Notes: generated by a model not told the origin, from the sequence alone. Numbered from the stretch's first letter, positions 20,247-30,891 are shown. The stretch is 64,000 nucleotides of DNA from an uncultured delta proteobacterium (GCA_963823335.1 CAWGLD010000002.1:1-64000), one strand, 5' to 3'. Numbers and translations are program-made.

Positions 20247-21224
20247 TTATCCCAGCAACCCCAGCCCCAATCCTTTGTCCATGGCTTTCAGCCCTGCAAA
20301 AAACAACACAAAAATTACAATATAGCGTATCATTTTTGGCTTGGCAACGGCCAGAATCTTGACACCGATGAGGGAGCCCAGCATCAGGCCCACGATGGAG
20401 GGAACGCCAATCAGCGGGATAACGCAGCCCCTGTTCAAATATATCCAGGCTGCCGAGGTGTCGGTAATGGACAGTAAAAACTTGCTGGTTGCCACGGAAA
20501 CCTTCAGGGGAACACCCATGAGCAGGTTGAGAACCGGTACGTTGGCCCATCCGGCGCCGAGCCCGAACATGCCGGCTAAAAGGCCCACCAGGATGAACAT
20601 GAACAATCCCAGGAGGGTTCTATGGGTTTTCCATTCCACGACTTCGCGGGCACCGTCATCCCAGTAGGCGCCTCCCAACCCCAGGGCCAATCCGATGGCA
20701 TCCTGTTTTGTTACGATCGGTTTTTCAGTGTTTTTTGAAAAAAGCAACAAGGTGGCGATGGCTACGATGGTGCCACCCAGGCAGACCTGGATGATGTCGG
20801 GGTTCAATGCGGACAGATAGAGCCCGAGCATGGCGCCGGCAACAGAACAGGTGGAGGCGACCAGGGCCACCGGGAGAGCGAGCCGCAGATTTGCCAGATT
20901 GCGCCGGAGCAAGCCCGGACCCGCTGCCAGGGCACCGGCCAGGGCGACCATCAACCCGATTCCCCTGACGAAATCGATGTGGAAAGGAAAGAAACCACTT
21001 ACCAGGGGCACATAAAGAACGCCGCCGCCGACGCCTGCCATGACAGCCAATATGCCGAGAATAAGACAGAAAAAAAACAGAACAATCGGCCAGAACCACC
21101 AGGGTTTAGCCGTGTCGATAGCCGCCGTTTGTTCCACGGCATAGGCTGTCAACGGACTGCTTAGGCAAAATACAAATATAGGCAAAACCAATCGACACAC
21201 TGAGGGAACTCGAATGTTTAACAT
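20247..21224 (-). CDS. Sulfite exporter TauE/SafE (TSUP) family
   Basis: GVGGGVLYVP, GLGAGWANVP, VATSKF. Confidence 0.9.
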   Translation of the reverse strand: MLNIRVPSVCRLVLPIFVFCLSSPLTAYAVEQTAAIDTAKPWWFWPIVLFFFCLILGILAVMAGVGGGVLYVPLVSGFFPFHIDFVRGIGLMVALAGALAAGPGLLRRNLANLRLALPVALVASTCSVAGAMLGLYLSALNPDIIQVCLGGTIVAIATLLLFSKNTEKPIVTKQDAIGLALGLGGAYWDDGAREVVEWKTHRTLLGLFMFILVGLLAGMFGLGAGWANVPVLNLLMGVPLKVSVATSKFLLSITDTSAAWIYLNRGCVIPLIGVPSIVGLMLGSLIGVKILAVAKPKMIRYIVIFVLFFAGLKAMDKGLGLGLLG

Positions 21225-21327
21225 TTAATCAACCTTTCAAAAAAATGTTTACTTTTGAAACTTATTTGTATATATTGTGCTATAAATTAAATTTATGACA
21301 CAGTCAATATAAAAATTGAGTTGCATA

Positions 21328-21699
21328 ATGACACATTACAACATATTAATTGTTGACGATGAAAAACGGTACGCAAATATGCTTGCCAAACGGCTGAATC
21401 TTCGAGGCTGTGTATGCGAGGTCTGCTACAGCGGGAAACAGGCGCTGGAGATTATAAAACACAAACAATTCTTTCTTACGCTGCTGGACCTTCGCCTGCC
21501 GGATATTTATGGTACCGAAGTCCTGGCTCGCATGAAAGCCTGTTGCGCTGGAATGCCCGTCATCATATTGACCGCACATGGGACGCAAGAGGATCGACAG
21601 GAATGTTTACGGAAAGGGGCCTACGCATTTATGCACAAGCCACTGGGTATTGAAGCGCTGATGCTTATTTTGGCGCGCATCAGAGGGATGTCAGCATGA
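21328..21699 (+). CDS. Single-domain response regulator
   Basis: LIVDDE, LDLRLPD, LTAHG, HKP. Confidence 0.9.
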   Translation: MTHYNILIVDDEKRYANMLAKRLNLRGCVCEVCYSGKQALEIIKHKQFFLTLLDLRLPDIYGTEVLARMKACCAGMPVIILTAHGTQEDRQECLRKGAYAFMHKPLGIEALMLILARIRGMSA

Positions 21700-23480
21700 C
21701 CGGCAACTTTCGCAGCATATTAAAGCTATTACGTCCGGATTTTTATCACCAGATGGATGGACACCTGAACCCATATTTTACGTTTGCGAATTACAACAAA
21801 ATCTGGACTGTCGGCATTTTGGTACTCGCTCTGACGGCGTTGGTCCCATTGATTACCGTGACAGGCATCCATTACCAGCTGATTCAAAAGTCGGTTGATT
21901 CGGAGCTGTTGCTGCGTACGGAACGATTGACTTCCAACGCCAGAAGGGCTGTGACCTTTTTTTTGGAGGAACGGCTCAATGCCTTGAGATTCACTGTCAA
22001 TGAGATCGAATATACACAACTGACAAACCCTGCGCACCTGTCTGATGTTCTCAGAAACATCAAATTGGGTTTCGGCGGCTTATCGGACCTGAGTGTCATC
22101 TCCCCTACCGGTGCCCAAGTTGCTTATGCCGGTCCCTATAATATCGAGGGAAAAAACTATAGCGACCAACACTGGTTTATCGAGTGCCGTAAAAATAATT
22201 ACTATGTGAGCGAGATATTTCGAGGATACCGCAACGTGCCCCATATCATCATTGCAGTGAAGTCCTTTCGTGCGGACAACACATTTTTTATATTACGTGC
22301 CACCCTCGAAACAGAACGGCTCATACAAACGGTGATCTCTTATGAAACCGGCAAACATGCAGATATCTTTCTGGTCAACAGGGCCGGGATCATACAAACA
22401 CCGTCAAAACACCACGGCAGCATTTTCGAGAAGATGGCCCTGCTGCCTGTACTAAAATATTCTCCGAGAACACAGACCATCATGGCCAGTGATGGTCAAG
22501 GACAAAAAATTGTGGGGTATGCATTTATTTCTACCCCAATTGCCGACACCCCCTTCATTCTCATGGTGATCAAACAGAAAGAAGGCATGATGGGGGTCTG
22601 GGAAGATTTGTTTTCCAGCATCAGCTGGTTTGTGGCACTATGCGTCATGGCTATTCTCATCGTTGTCACCATTACCTGTACGTTCATGGTCAACAAGATG
22701 TTTCTGGCCGACAAGGCCAAGGCCGAAACGCTGGCATTGGTGGAGCAGAACAATCAACTGGCGTCGGTCGGTCAGCTGGCAGCCGGTGTCGCCCACGAGA
22801 TCAACAATCCGCTGGCATTGATCAACGAAACAGCCGGTTACATAAAAGATCTTTTCACCATCGCTGAAACGTACCATCAGGATGATGAATTGATGGAGAA
22901 CATCGATTCCATTCTGGAAGCGGTGGAGCGGTGTGGTCGAATCACTGGACAACTTCTCGGGTTTGCACGAAAGTTCGATATCAAAATCGAAAATATTAAC
23001 TTAAAAGAGATCATTTCCGACATACTGCTTTTTCACAACAAAGAGGCTGAATATCGAAATATCAAAGTGAATGTGGACATGCCGGAAGACAATATCGAGA
23101 TTGAAAGCGACCGTGGAAAATTACAGCAGATCTTGCTGAACTTGGTCAACAATGCTTTCCAGGCCATGAATGAAGGATGCCGGCTGGATATCATAGCCAA
23201 GCGCAAGGGACTTGACAGCGTTGTCATAACCATACGTGACAATGGCTGTGGTATGCCTGAAGATACACTGCCGAAAATATTCGAACCTTTTTTTTCCACA
23301 AAAGAACGGGGCGTGGGAACCGGACTGGGGCTCGCCATTACGAGCGGGCTTATTAAGAAACTTCACGGAGATATCTCGGTAAAAAGCAAACAGGATGAAG
23401 GAACAACTTTTACCATTACCCTGCCGATCCATACTAAGGAGGAATTACGCGACAATGAAAATTCTCTTGGTGGACGATGA
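21696..23480 (+). CDS. Membrane sensor histidine kinase (Cache-like periplasmic domain)
   Basis: Two TMs; AHEINNPL, NLVNNA, DNGCG, GTGLGL. Confidence 0.93.
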   Translation: MTGNFRSILKLLRPDFYHQMDGHLNPYFTFANYNKIWTVGILVLALTALVPLITVTGIHYQLIQKSVDSELLLRTERLTSNARRAVTFFLEERLNALRFTVNEIEYTQLTNPAHLSDVLRNIKLGFGGLSDLSVISPTGAQVAYAGPYNIEGKNYSDQHWFIECRKNNYYVSEIFRGYRNVPHIIIAVKSFRADNTFFILRATLETERLIQTVISYETGKHADIFLVNRAGIIQTPSKHHGSIFEKMALLPVLKYSPRTQTIMASDGQGQKIVGYAFISTPIADTPFILMVIKQKEGMMGVWEDLFSSISWFVALCVMAILIVVTITCTFMVNKMFLADKAKAETLALVEQNNQLASVGQLAAGVAHEINNPLALINETAGYIKDLFTIAETYHQDDELMENIDSILEAVERCGRITGQLLGFARKFDIKIENINLKEIISDILLFHNKEAEYRNIKVNVDMPEDNIEIESDRGKLQQILLNLVNNAFQAMNEGCRLDIIAKRKGLDSVVITIRDNGCGMPEDTLPKIFEPFFSTKERGVGTGLGLAITSGLIKKLHGDISVKSKQDEGTTFTITLPIHTKEELRDNENSLGGR

Positions 23481-23805
23481 GAAAAAATTTGCCATAATGC
23501 TGTCCAAACGGCTTGCATTACGTGGAATTGACGTCGATGTTGTCTTTACGGGCGAAGACGCAGTGAAAAATACCCAAATCAACCGGTACGACGTGGCCGT
23601 CCTGGATGTCAAAATGCCGGGAATCGGCGGAATCAAGTTAAAGCGGAAATTGATAGATTTGAATCCCGAAATGAAAATTATTTTCCTCACCGGCCATGGC
23701 TCAGAAAGCGATTTCAAGATTGGTTCAGCGGAAGCCGCTTGCTATCTCTCGAAACCGCTTCATATTGATATGTTGATAAAAATTCTGCACAAGGTAGTCG
23801 AATAG
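23455..23805 (+). CDS. Single-domain response regulator
   Basis: MKILLVDDE, LDVKMPG, LTGHG, SKP. Confidence 0.9.
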   Translation: MKILLVDDEKKFAIMLSKRLALRGIDVDVVFTGEDAVKNTQINRYDVAVLDVKMPGIGGIKLKRKLIDLNPEMKIIFLTGHGSESDFKIGSAEAACYLSKPLHIDMLIKILHKVVE

Positions 23806-23907
23806 ATGATCACGTATTCAGGGCACGATGGTTCAATTCTCTGAACAGACAAGCATTGGCGCTTGATCTCGTTGTTTCGCGGATGCAAAAAGGAAGAAGG
23901 AGACGTC

Positions 23908-24567
23908 ATGAACAATGCCATTGAAATTCAACATGACCAAAATCTAGCATTTTTTGGAAAAATCAATGCCAGTATATCACATGAGCTGAAAAATATTCTT
24001 GCCATCATTTCTGAAACAGCCGGCCTCTTGAATGATCTGACGGTATTGGTGGAAAAAGGCAAAAAAATTGACATAGACATGTTCAGAACATGCAGCCAGG
24101 ATATTGAAGAAGAAATTCAACGCGGTTTTGCAACCGTTAGGCAGATGAATACCTTTGCCCACAGCGTGGATACGTCGGTTAAAAGTGTAAACCTCCTGGA
24201 TGCACTTAAGCTGATGGTCACTATTGCTGGTTTCTTGAGTTATGCGAGCAAGATCCGGGTTAATCCTCCCCAAGAAGCTGAACTGATGGTTTTGACGTGT
24301 CCGTTTCAACTCCAGCATCTGATATATGAGGCGCTAGTATTTGCATTTAAGACTTCGGAACCGGAAGCGGAAATTCAGATCTCCATATACCGGGAAAAAA
24401 ACGGTGACGTCAGAATAACCTTTTCAGATCTTGGAAAATTATACGATGAAAAATTTTCGGTCGATAAAGTTTTTGCAATTGCGACGTCAATTGATGCTGA
24501 GGTTTTTATAACCGATGATCTTCAATCTTTTGATCTCCTTGTACCAGAAGCTATTAAATCAGTGTAA
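23908..24567 (+). CDS. Histidine kinase-like protein with degenerate ATPase domain
   Basis: H-box ISHELKNIL; no recognisable N/G1/G2 boxes. Confidence 0.78.
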   Translation: MNNAIEIQHDQNLAFFGKINASISHELKNILAIISETAGLLNDLTVLVEKGKKIDIDMFRTCSQDIEEEIQRGFATVRQMNTFAHSVDTSVKSVNLLDALKLMVTIAGFLSYASKIRVNPPQEAELMVLTCPFQLQHLIYEALVFAFKTSEPEAEIQISIYREKNGDVRITFSDLGKLYDEKFSVDKVFAIATSIDAEVFITDDLQSFDLLVPEAIKSV

Positions 24568-24623
24568 TAATGAAGCCCATGATTAGGGCACATTTTGTAT
24601 GAACAGAAGGGAGGAAGGATGCC

Positions 24624-25118
24624 ATGAGCACTGAAAACAAAATAAAGCTATTGATGGTGGATGACGAGGCTAAATTTTTAAAGTCTATTTCCAGTCGGCT
24701 TGAACTCCAAAACTTTGATGTCACCAGCGCTTCGAACGGAGAAGAGGCCATCGCTTGGGCTGAAAACGGTTTTTTTGATGTGGCGGTTGTTGACTTTCAG
24801 ATGCCAGGGATAAACGGTGCCCAGGTATTGAAGACCCTCAAAGCCAGACATAAATATCTTGAAATTATTATATTGACCGGTCATGCGACAATTGATTCGG
24901 CCATTGAATGTACAAGACTGGGGGCCTTTCAATACCTTGAAAAACCCTATGCCTTTGAAAAACTCGCTGAAACGATCAAAGATGCTTACGAGGCAAGGTT
25001 AAAAAGAAAATTTGCAAACAACACCAAGCGCAACCTGGAAATTCAGAAGCTGTCCATGGGGTCTTCGCCCTTGGGAATACTCAAAGCGTTGGCTCGCCTG
25101 GACAATGAGGAGAAATAG
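24624..25118 (+). CDS. Response regulator receiver protein
   Basis: LMVDDE, VDFQMPG, LTGHAT, LEKP. Confidence 0.92.
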   Translation: MSTENKIKLLMVDDEAKFLKSISSRLELQNFDVTSASNGEEAIAWAENGFFDVAVVDFQMPGINGAQVLKTLKARHKYLEIIILTGHATIDSAIECTRLGAFQYLEKPYAFEKLAETIKDAYEARLKRKFANNTKRNLEIQKLSMGSSPLGILKALARLDNEEK

Positions 25119-25176
25119 ATTGTTCAGATATTCATCATGTTCGGGTGTGACGTTTTGGGAGACCGAATCGATAACC

Positions 25177-25908
25177 GTGTGTAATTTTATTATAGTGGTA
25201 TTATTAATTCTGTTTTCAATTAACAATGCCGCATCAGCTGCGGAAAAGGACATCTTTGAAATCGAGACTGAGGGCAGTTATCCAATGACAATCGGCTCCT
25301 CGAAATATTTTGCAAGAGAAATGGCTCTTTTCATTGCAAAGAAAAAGGCTGTGGATCTGGCCGGAAGATACCTTTTAAGTAAGAATCTTATCGGGATTCA
25401 CGAACAAGAAAGGGATGAAGTATACAGCCTGACCGCTAGAGGTATACAGGCAGAAATATTGGAGGAAAATCAGGAAGTGGTCGGGAATATAACAAGATAT
25501 CGACTTCGGGTAAAAGCTCGAGTCCATCCCTCCGATTTTGTCAAAGCCGAGATGGAGGATTACAAGCAGGAAAAAAAAGAGGAAAAAGAATCTTATCAAG
25601 AAGAAATGGATCAATACTTATCTTCAGAAATCGATCCGGGAAAGGATATCGCTAAAGCCCACCGGTTGCTACGAGAACAGAAGTGGCGGTTGCTAATGAT
25701 TTATTTGAATCATCTGGTAAAAAAATATCCGAATTGGGATAGTATTTATACGGCAAAAGCCACAGCTCATTATATTTTGAATGAACCGATTTTTATGGAG
25801 AAAGCATTGAACAAGGCTTGTAACCTGGGAAATCAATCAGCTTGTGATGACTTGAAAAATTTGAATAAATTACATGAATCTGATTTTGGCCTCTCAATAA
25901 GCAAATAA
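25177..25908 (+). CDS. Exported hypothetical protein with TPR/Sel1-like C-terminus (start uncertain)
   Basis: Signal-like hydrophobic stretch; KACNLGNQSAC. Confidence 0.6.
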   Translation: MCNFIIVVLLILFSINNAASAAEKDIFEIETEGSYPMTIGSSKYFAREMALFIAKKKAVDLAGRYLLSKNLIGIHEQERDEVYSLTARGIQAEILEENQEVVGNITRYRLRVKARVHPSDFVKAEMEDYKQEKKEEKESYQEEMDQYLSSEIDPGKDIAKAHRLLREQKWRLLMIYLNHLVKKYPNWDSIYTAKATAHYILNEPIFMEKALNKACNLGNQSACDDLKNLNKLHESDFGLSISK

Positions 25909-25942
25909 AATCGTAATACGTTTACATGGAAGGAGAGGGATT

Positions 25943-26440
25943 TTGCAAAAGATGCACGTTCTGCTGGTGGATGACGAAAAAGAGATCGTTGATGCAATGA
26001 AAGAGCGCTTGGATTTAGCCGGCTACTCTGTGACCGCCTGCTATGATGCGGCGCAAGCACTGAAAGAGGTGAAATCTAAAGAGTATGATGTTGCATTGAT
26101 AGATCTTGTTATGGTGGATACAGACGGCATTACCGCTATGCATAGGCTAAAGCTAATCAGGCCTCGTATGGAATGCATTGTTTTATCGGGCCAGGGAACA
26201 CTGCGGATGGCTGTTGAAGCAATGAAACAGGGCGCATTTGAGTTTTTAGAAAAGCCCTGTGATCATAAGCTTGTCACCCAAACAATTGATGAGGCCTATG
26301 CAAGAAAGCATGCGCACGATAAGCGCATACGCAAGGCAGCGAGTAAGGTATTTTCAAGGCTTGAACAGGCAATGGTAGAAATCACATTTGCCGAGGCCGG
26401 TCAATCTGACACTACAAAAGAGGTTCCACTCAAAAAATAG
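25943..26440 (+). CDS. Response regulator receiver protein with ITFAEAG tail
   Basis: LLVDDE, IDLVM, LEKP; RBS AAGGAGAG. Confidence 0.9.
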   Translation: MQKMHVLLVDDEKEIVDAMKERLDLAGYSVTACYDAAQALKEVKSKEYDVALIDLVMVDTDGITAMHRLKLIRPRMECIVLSGQGTLRMAVEAMKQGAFEFLEKPCDHKLVTQTIDEAYARKHAHDKRIRKAASKVFSRLEQAMVEITFAEAGQSDTTKEVPLKK

Positions 26441-26698
26441 AGATAGCTGATGGTCGTGATAAATTTACTCGAAATCACGTAGTGCTTTCAAGTGTCCAGG
26501 TTGTAAGCCAATAGACTGAATGTGGCCTACACAGCCTATGGCCTGACCGTCTATCTACCTGAAGTCTCAAAACATTAAAGCACCTTGTCGGCATTTTAGA
26601 GGGTGCTTCAATCATGGAACTGAAGTAGTGTGCTGCCCCCAGGTGGGTCGAAGAATAACCAGCAATACCAAACTTCCAGGTGGTTCCTTGCCGGCGAT

Positions 26699-26899
26699 TT
26701 AAACTTTCTTTACGTTCTTGGCTTCAGGCCCCCGATCACTCTCTTCAATTTCAAATTCGACGTTGTCGCCTTCTGCGAGGGTTTTGTATCCAGTCGCTTC
26801 TATGGAAGAAAAGTGAACAAATACATCGTTGCCGTCTTCTTGACTGATGAAGCCATACCCCTTTCTGTCATTGAACCATTTAACAATTCCTAGTGCCAA
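26699..26899 (-). CDS. Cold-shock protein (CspA family)
   Basis: [32 protein letters not shown] start. Confidence 0.95.
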   Translation of the reverse strand: MALGIVKWFNDRKGYGFISQEDGNDVFVHFSSIEATGYKTLAEGDNVEFEIEESDRGPEAKNVKKV

Positions 26900-27054
26900 A
26901 TCGCCAACCTCCTTTTAAGAGTATTAACATTGTCCCGTGATCCAGGTCGTCACTCTGGCAAAGGAGATACTCTTCAGAGTAAAATCGATCTGAGAACCAG
27001 CCGGGGGCCCTTTGGGTGAGTAGTTTAAGCCCATCTTTCTGCAAACGTCAAGAA

Positions 27055-27093
27055 AAAATAAGGATCAGCTCAAAAAGAGCTGATCCTTATTTT
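27055..27093. terminator. Intrinsic terminator (perfect 17-bp stem including A/T tails)
   Basis: aaaataaggatcagctc-aaaaa-gagctgatccttatttt. Confidence 0.8.
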
Positions 27094-27110
27094 AGGAAAC
27101 ATAAAAACAC

Positions 27111-28097
27111 TTATTGGGTTATTCGCTTTACGCTGGCTGTTCTTCTCAGTTCTTCCAGATAGCGCACTGTCTCTTCCTGGATCTTTTGTTGCTGCAGCAA
27201 TTCGCCCAGTCTGTCTTTGATATCCTCAAACACGTAGCTTGTTTTGGCTTTTTTATCATAAACTTTGATCAGGTGGTAGCCGAAACGTGTCTCCACGATA
27301 TCGCTCACCTGGCCTGGTTTTAGATCAAACGCTGCATCAGAGAAGGGTTTGACCATTTTTGTGCGGTCAAAATAGCCCAGATCACCACCATTCACGTTGC
27401 TTGGGCCCTCGGAGTATTGCCTGGCAAGGTTGGCAAAATCATCTCCGGCCGCTAGTTTATTCTGAACGTCTTCAATCTTTTTCCGTGCTGCCAGCTTTTC
27501 TTCATCGTTAGCTGCCGGAGTGACTTGAATCAGGATGTGGCTGGCTTTGACTTCTTCAGGTTTTTTGAAGTATTGGGGGTTGTTTTCAAAAAAAATACGA
27601 CTCTCCTTTTCCGATACCATCGCCTGCGGGTAGACAGCCACCTCCAGCAGCTTCTGGATGGCACTGGCCTGGGCCACCTGAGTTCTCATTGTTTCTATGG
27701 AGATCCCCATCTCCAGCAAAAGGCTTTCGAAACTTTGACCCACTTCAAGTCTTTGTTTTATCAGGTCGATATTGTTATCAATATCTGCTTCATCCGTGGT
27801 GATACCTTTTGCCTTGCTCTGCTGAAAAAGAAGTTCACGGTTGATGAGTGAATCGATGACTTTTTCTCTCATTGAGAGCATCATCGATTCATCGATGGGC
27901 TTTTGCATGGCCTTGGCCTGGAACATTATCCGTTTGACCTCCAAGGTAACATCCGCTTCAGTGATGGGAGTATCGTTTACAATGGCGACTCTGGCATCAG
28001 GAACCTTCTCTGTCTGAGAGAGTGCATCACTCGCAATCAATGCGAATAAAATCGTCATCAGAGTTATCGTGTTAAAGATAAATGGCCTAAATTTCAT
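27111..28097 (-). CDS. Parvulin-type peptidyl-prolyl isomerase (SurA/PrsA-like)
   Basis: ASHILI, FANLARQYSEGPS, GGDLG, VETRFGYHLI. Confidence 0.92.
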   Translation of the reverse strand: MKFRPFIFNTITLMTILFALIASDALSQTEKVPDARVAIVNDTPITEADVTLEVKRIMFQAKAMQKPIDESMMLSMREKVIDSLINRELLFQQSKAKGITTDEADIDNNIDLIKQRLEVGQSFESLLLEMGISIETMRTQVAQASAIQKLLEVAVYPQAMVSEKESRIFFENNPQYFKKPEEVKASHILIQVTPAANDEEKLAARKKIEDVQNKLAAGDDFANLARQYSEGPSNVNGGDLGYFDRTKMVKPFSDAAFDLKPGQVSDIVETRFGYHLIKVYDKKAKTSYVFEDIKDRLGELLQQQKIQEETVRYLEELRRTASVKRITQ

Positions 28098-28110
28098 ATC
28101 ATGCGTCCTT

Positions 28111-28758
28111 TCAGAAGCCTAATGCTTCGTTGATGATAACCACGGTGATGTCCGTGAGACTCGGTTTTCGATGCAGAATTGTCGTGATACGGCAGATCCG
28201 CTGGGGGGAATTACAATCGGTGCAGATACCGCTTTCCGCACAGGGTGTCTGCATGCCGAGACTTTTAGCCCTCATGGGGCCGGCGATATCTCTCACCCGT
28301 TGAAGTGCTGTTTGTATGTTCGTTGTCAGTTTATTGATACCGGCAATGATCATGACCTTGCGGGGGCCAAAAGACATGGCATTGGTGCGATTGCCGACGC
28401 CATCCACATTAACGATTTCGCCGGTCATTGAGATAGCGTTGGCGCTGCAGAAAAAGCAGTCACACGCAGATTGATTGCGGCGGATCTCTAAAGACGTCTC
28501 TGGTGAGAGATCGTTTTCCCAGTGATCATAGACAACTTTTTTTTCTTTCTTGAGCGTATGGATGATATCCAGTTTTCGTGTTGTATCCGAGCCCCCGAAC
28601 CCGAAAGATTCGTATCCGGAAATTTCTTTTAATACATAGGCCCGCGCCTCTGCGCAATTAATAAAAAACAGGGCGTTAAACCCGTGTTTGTTCAGGTTCT
28701 CTACACACTTCTCAGCCTGTTTCTGACCAATCCATTGATTGTAGTCAACATTTTTCAT
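28111..28758 (-). CDS. LUD-domain (LutC/YkgG) protein
   Basis: SANAISMTGEIVNVDGVGNR; C-terminal Cys cluster. Confidence 0.87.
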   Translation of the reverse strand: MKNVDYNQWIGQKQAEKCVENLNKHGFNALFFINCAEARAYVLKEISGYESFGFGGSDTTRKLDIIHTLKKEKKVVYDHWENDLSPETSLEIRRNQSACDCFFCSANAISMTGEIVNVDGVGNRTNAMSFGPRKVMIIAGINKLTTNIQTALQRVRDIAGPMRAKSLGMQTPCAESGICTDCNSPQRICRITTILHRKPSLTDITVVIINEALGF

Positions 28759-28797
28759 GATTTATATTACCTCCATACCAGTGCGACCGTGTCGCGT

Positions 28798-29754
28798 TCA
28801 ATTAGTGGGTTTGGGTATAACCCTTTTCAGGATCACTGCGGTCTTATGGAGCAGGTTAAATAGATGAACAAACACAATGGCGGCAATGATTCTGGGTACC
28901 CATAGCCAGAAAGGGCTCAGCCCCAGTGCCATAAAAAGGATGGGATCTTCTATTATAGAATGGTTGACACCCATGGAAAAATGCAACTTTATCAGCTCAG
29001 ATTTTTGAATATGATTTTCCTTTGCCTCTTCAATGATGACGGCTCCGCCGTAGGCAATGCCAAATACAGCCGCAGTCATCCAGAGAATGCCAACATTTTT
29101 TTTAAGTCCCAGCAATCTTAAGACTGGATTGAACAGGTTCACAAGTTTGACGACCAGGTTGAAATGTTTCATCTCTTCCAGGAGGATCATCAGAGATGTT
29201 ATAATCAAGAGAATCTTAAGGCTTATGTGGACTGTCGATATACCCCATGCCATCAGTGTTTCAGACAACGACTTTTGTGATAGCGGCAGTATCGTTCCTA
29301 TTGACTGTGTAAGCGGTTCTACTTCCAGAAACTGCATGACCGCAAAGACAGTGCAAAGCGATGTAAGCAGCCGGAAAACAGTTGCCAATATGGGGTTGAT
29401 GCCGGATTTGGCCTGGATGATGCCCTCTTGAATAAGGTTATGTGAAATCAACATAAAAATGGCGAGCAAGGTCATCTGGTTGACAGTCAGGGGTAATACC
29501 GTCATCGCGGCAATGCCGCCATAGATACCGGTCAGCAAGCCGGCAATCAGTGGGAATGCTGCTATGGCGGGTAGATGCAGAAAACCCATCAACGGTTCTA
29601 ACAGGAAATCCATTCTGCCAATCCATCCGCTGTAATCAAGCAGTGTTGTCAAAAGAGAGATAGGGACGATGATCTTGAGCATCCACAGGAAACCACTCAG
29701 GCCTTTGTGTATCCCCCTCGTCAGCAGCTGAGTATGAAGTGTTTTTGACATCAT
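28798..29754 (-). CDS. Nucleoside-recognition (Gate) domain membrane protein
   Basis: LEPLMGFLHLP, SHNLIQEG, GIAYGGAVII, NHSIIED. Confidence 0.8.
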   Translation of the reverse strand: MMSKTLHTQLLTRGIHKGLSGFLWMLKIIVPISLLTTLLDYSGWIGRMDFLLEPLMGFLHLPAIAAFPLIAGLLTGIYGGIAAMTVLPLTVNQMTLLAIFMLISHNLIQEGIIQAKSGINPILATVFRLLTSLCTVFAVMQFLEVEPLTQSIGTILPLSQKSLSETLMAWGISTVHISLKILLIITSLMILLEEMKHFNLVVKLVNLFNPVLRLLGLKKNVGILWMTAAVFGIAYGGAVIIEEAKENHIQKSELIKLHFSMGVNHSIIEDPILFMALGLSPFWLWVPRIIAAIVFVHLFNLLHKTAVILKRVIPKPTN

Positions 29755-29873
29755 TTTTTGTCAAGGCTTTAGGGAAACGATTTGTAATGAAAACTGCATG
29801 TATCGTCAATAGGGTGTATTTGCAAGTGGATTTGTCTGAATCAGGCGTAACGGGGAGCGTTATCGACAGATCC

Positions 29874-30350
29874 TCAACTCATGAGATAAAAACCCATAAC
29901 AGGATCATAGAGGTCTGCGTCTCTGAAAGCAGCGCCATAGTAGGGGCTGTTGGCATTGCGGATGATGACGGTTTTTTGTATGCGTGTCTGCTTGCTGTCG
30001 TCCAACGTGAACTCCAGTTTCAGGAGATGGCCGGTTTTTAAATTTCGATCGACATCCAGTTTCAGTTTTACACCGCCGGCAGATATATCAACGATGGTCA
30101 TTTTGCCCCTGTCTATTTCCTCTCCGTCAACGATGTACCTGTAGATACCCTTCAAATTGGCGCCTTTTCGATATTGTTTTCGCTTCTCCAGGACAGATGT
30201 CCACGTATTTCCACAGGAACATTTTGACTTTACCTTGACGGTTTTTTCCGTCTGTGCATATCTGGTGACATCCACTGTCAGGGTTTTTTCGCATTGCGGG
30301 CAGATAAACGTGGCCATATTCGTGTTTGTGATATAAACTTTTTCTACCAT
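29874..30350 (-). CDS. Zn-ribbon plus PilZ domain protein
   Basis: CPQC...CSCG, KRKQYRK, DISAGG. Confidence 0.85.
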   Translation of the reverse strand: MVEKVYITNTNMATFICPQCEKTLTVDVTRYAQTEKTVKVKSKCSCGNTWTSVLEKRKQYRKGANLKGIYRYIVDGEEIDRGKMTIVDISAGGVKLKLDVDRNLKTGHLLKLEFTLDDSKQTRIQKTVIIRNANSPYYGAAFRDADLYDPVMGFYLMS

Positions 30351-30381
30351 GTGCTTATTTCCTATTTATGCACCCATTGAG

Positions 30382-30828
30382 CTATCCTATCGATTCATGA
30401 GTTAAAATTTTAATAATTTTTGGTTTGTAGGCATCATTTTTACCCAATGTGTTGGCTTTTGAGCGGATCACCGCAAGAGATAGGAACAACGATAGAAATC
30501 CTGACACAGCAGATAACAGAGAGACATTCATACCGGTTTTCAATGCCAGCCAGTGGCCGAGGATTGCTCCCATCAACATGAATCCTACCGGTAGCAGATA
30601 GAGTAGAAAGCAGGCCTTCATCAGAGAGGCCGTCTCAAAGTGGAGTAAAATCCTGTCTCCTTTCCGCGCGCCTGCGCCATTAATTGCATCTACTTCCATG
30701 ACTTTTCCGGTTTCAGTGACATGACAGGCGTCTCTGGATGTACAGGCTTTACACGAACTTGACTTTGTTGTCTTGACCCTAGCAAACGTGTCATGGGTAT
30801 GGATGACGATACCTTCTTCGGTAGCCAA
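30382..30828 (-). CDS. RseC/MucC family protein
   Basis: SSCKACTSRDAC and LLYLLP; two TMs. Confidence 0.87.
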   Translation of the reverse strand: MATEEGIVIHTHDTFARVKTTKSSSCKACTSRDACHVTETGKVMEVDAINGAGARKGDRILLHFETASLMKACFLLYLLPVGFMLMGAILGHWLALKTGMNVSLLSAVSGFLSLFLSLAVIRSKANTLGKNDAYKPKIIKILTHESIG

Positions 30829-30891
30829 TGGTGTCTCCTATTTAGAAAACCGATAAGCCATACTTGTTAAATGTATCAGCTATGCACGGTA

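Noticed and set aside
19786-20550. 254-aa ORF overlapping the TSUP gene
   Set aside because: Only the part from about 20217 is protein-like; the upstream portion is an alternative frame of TSUP.
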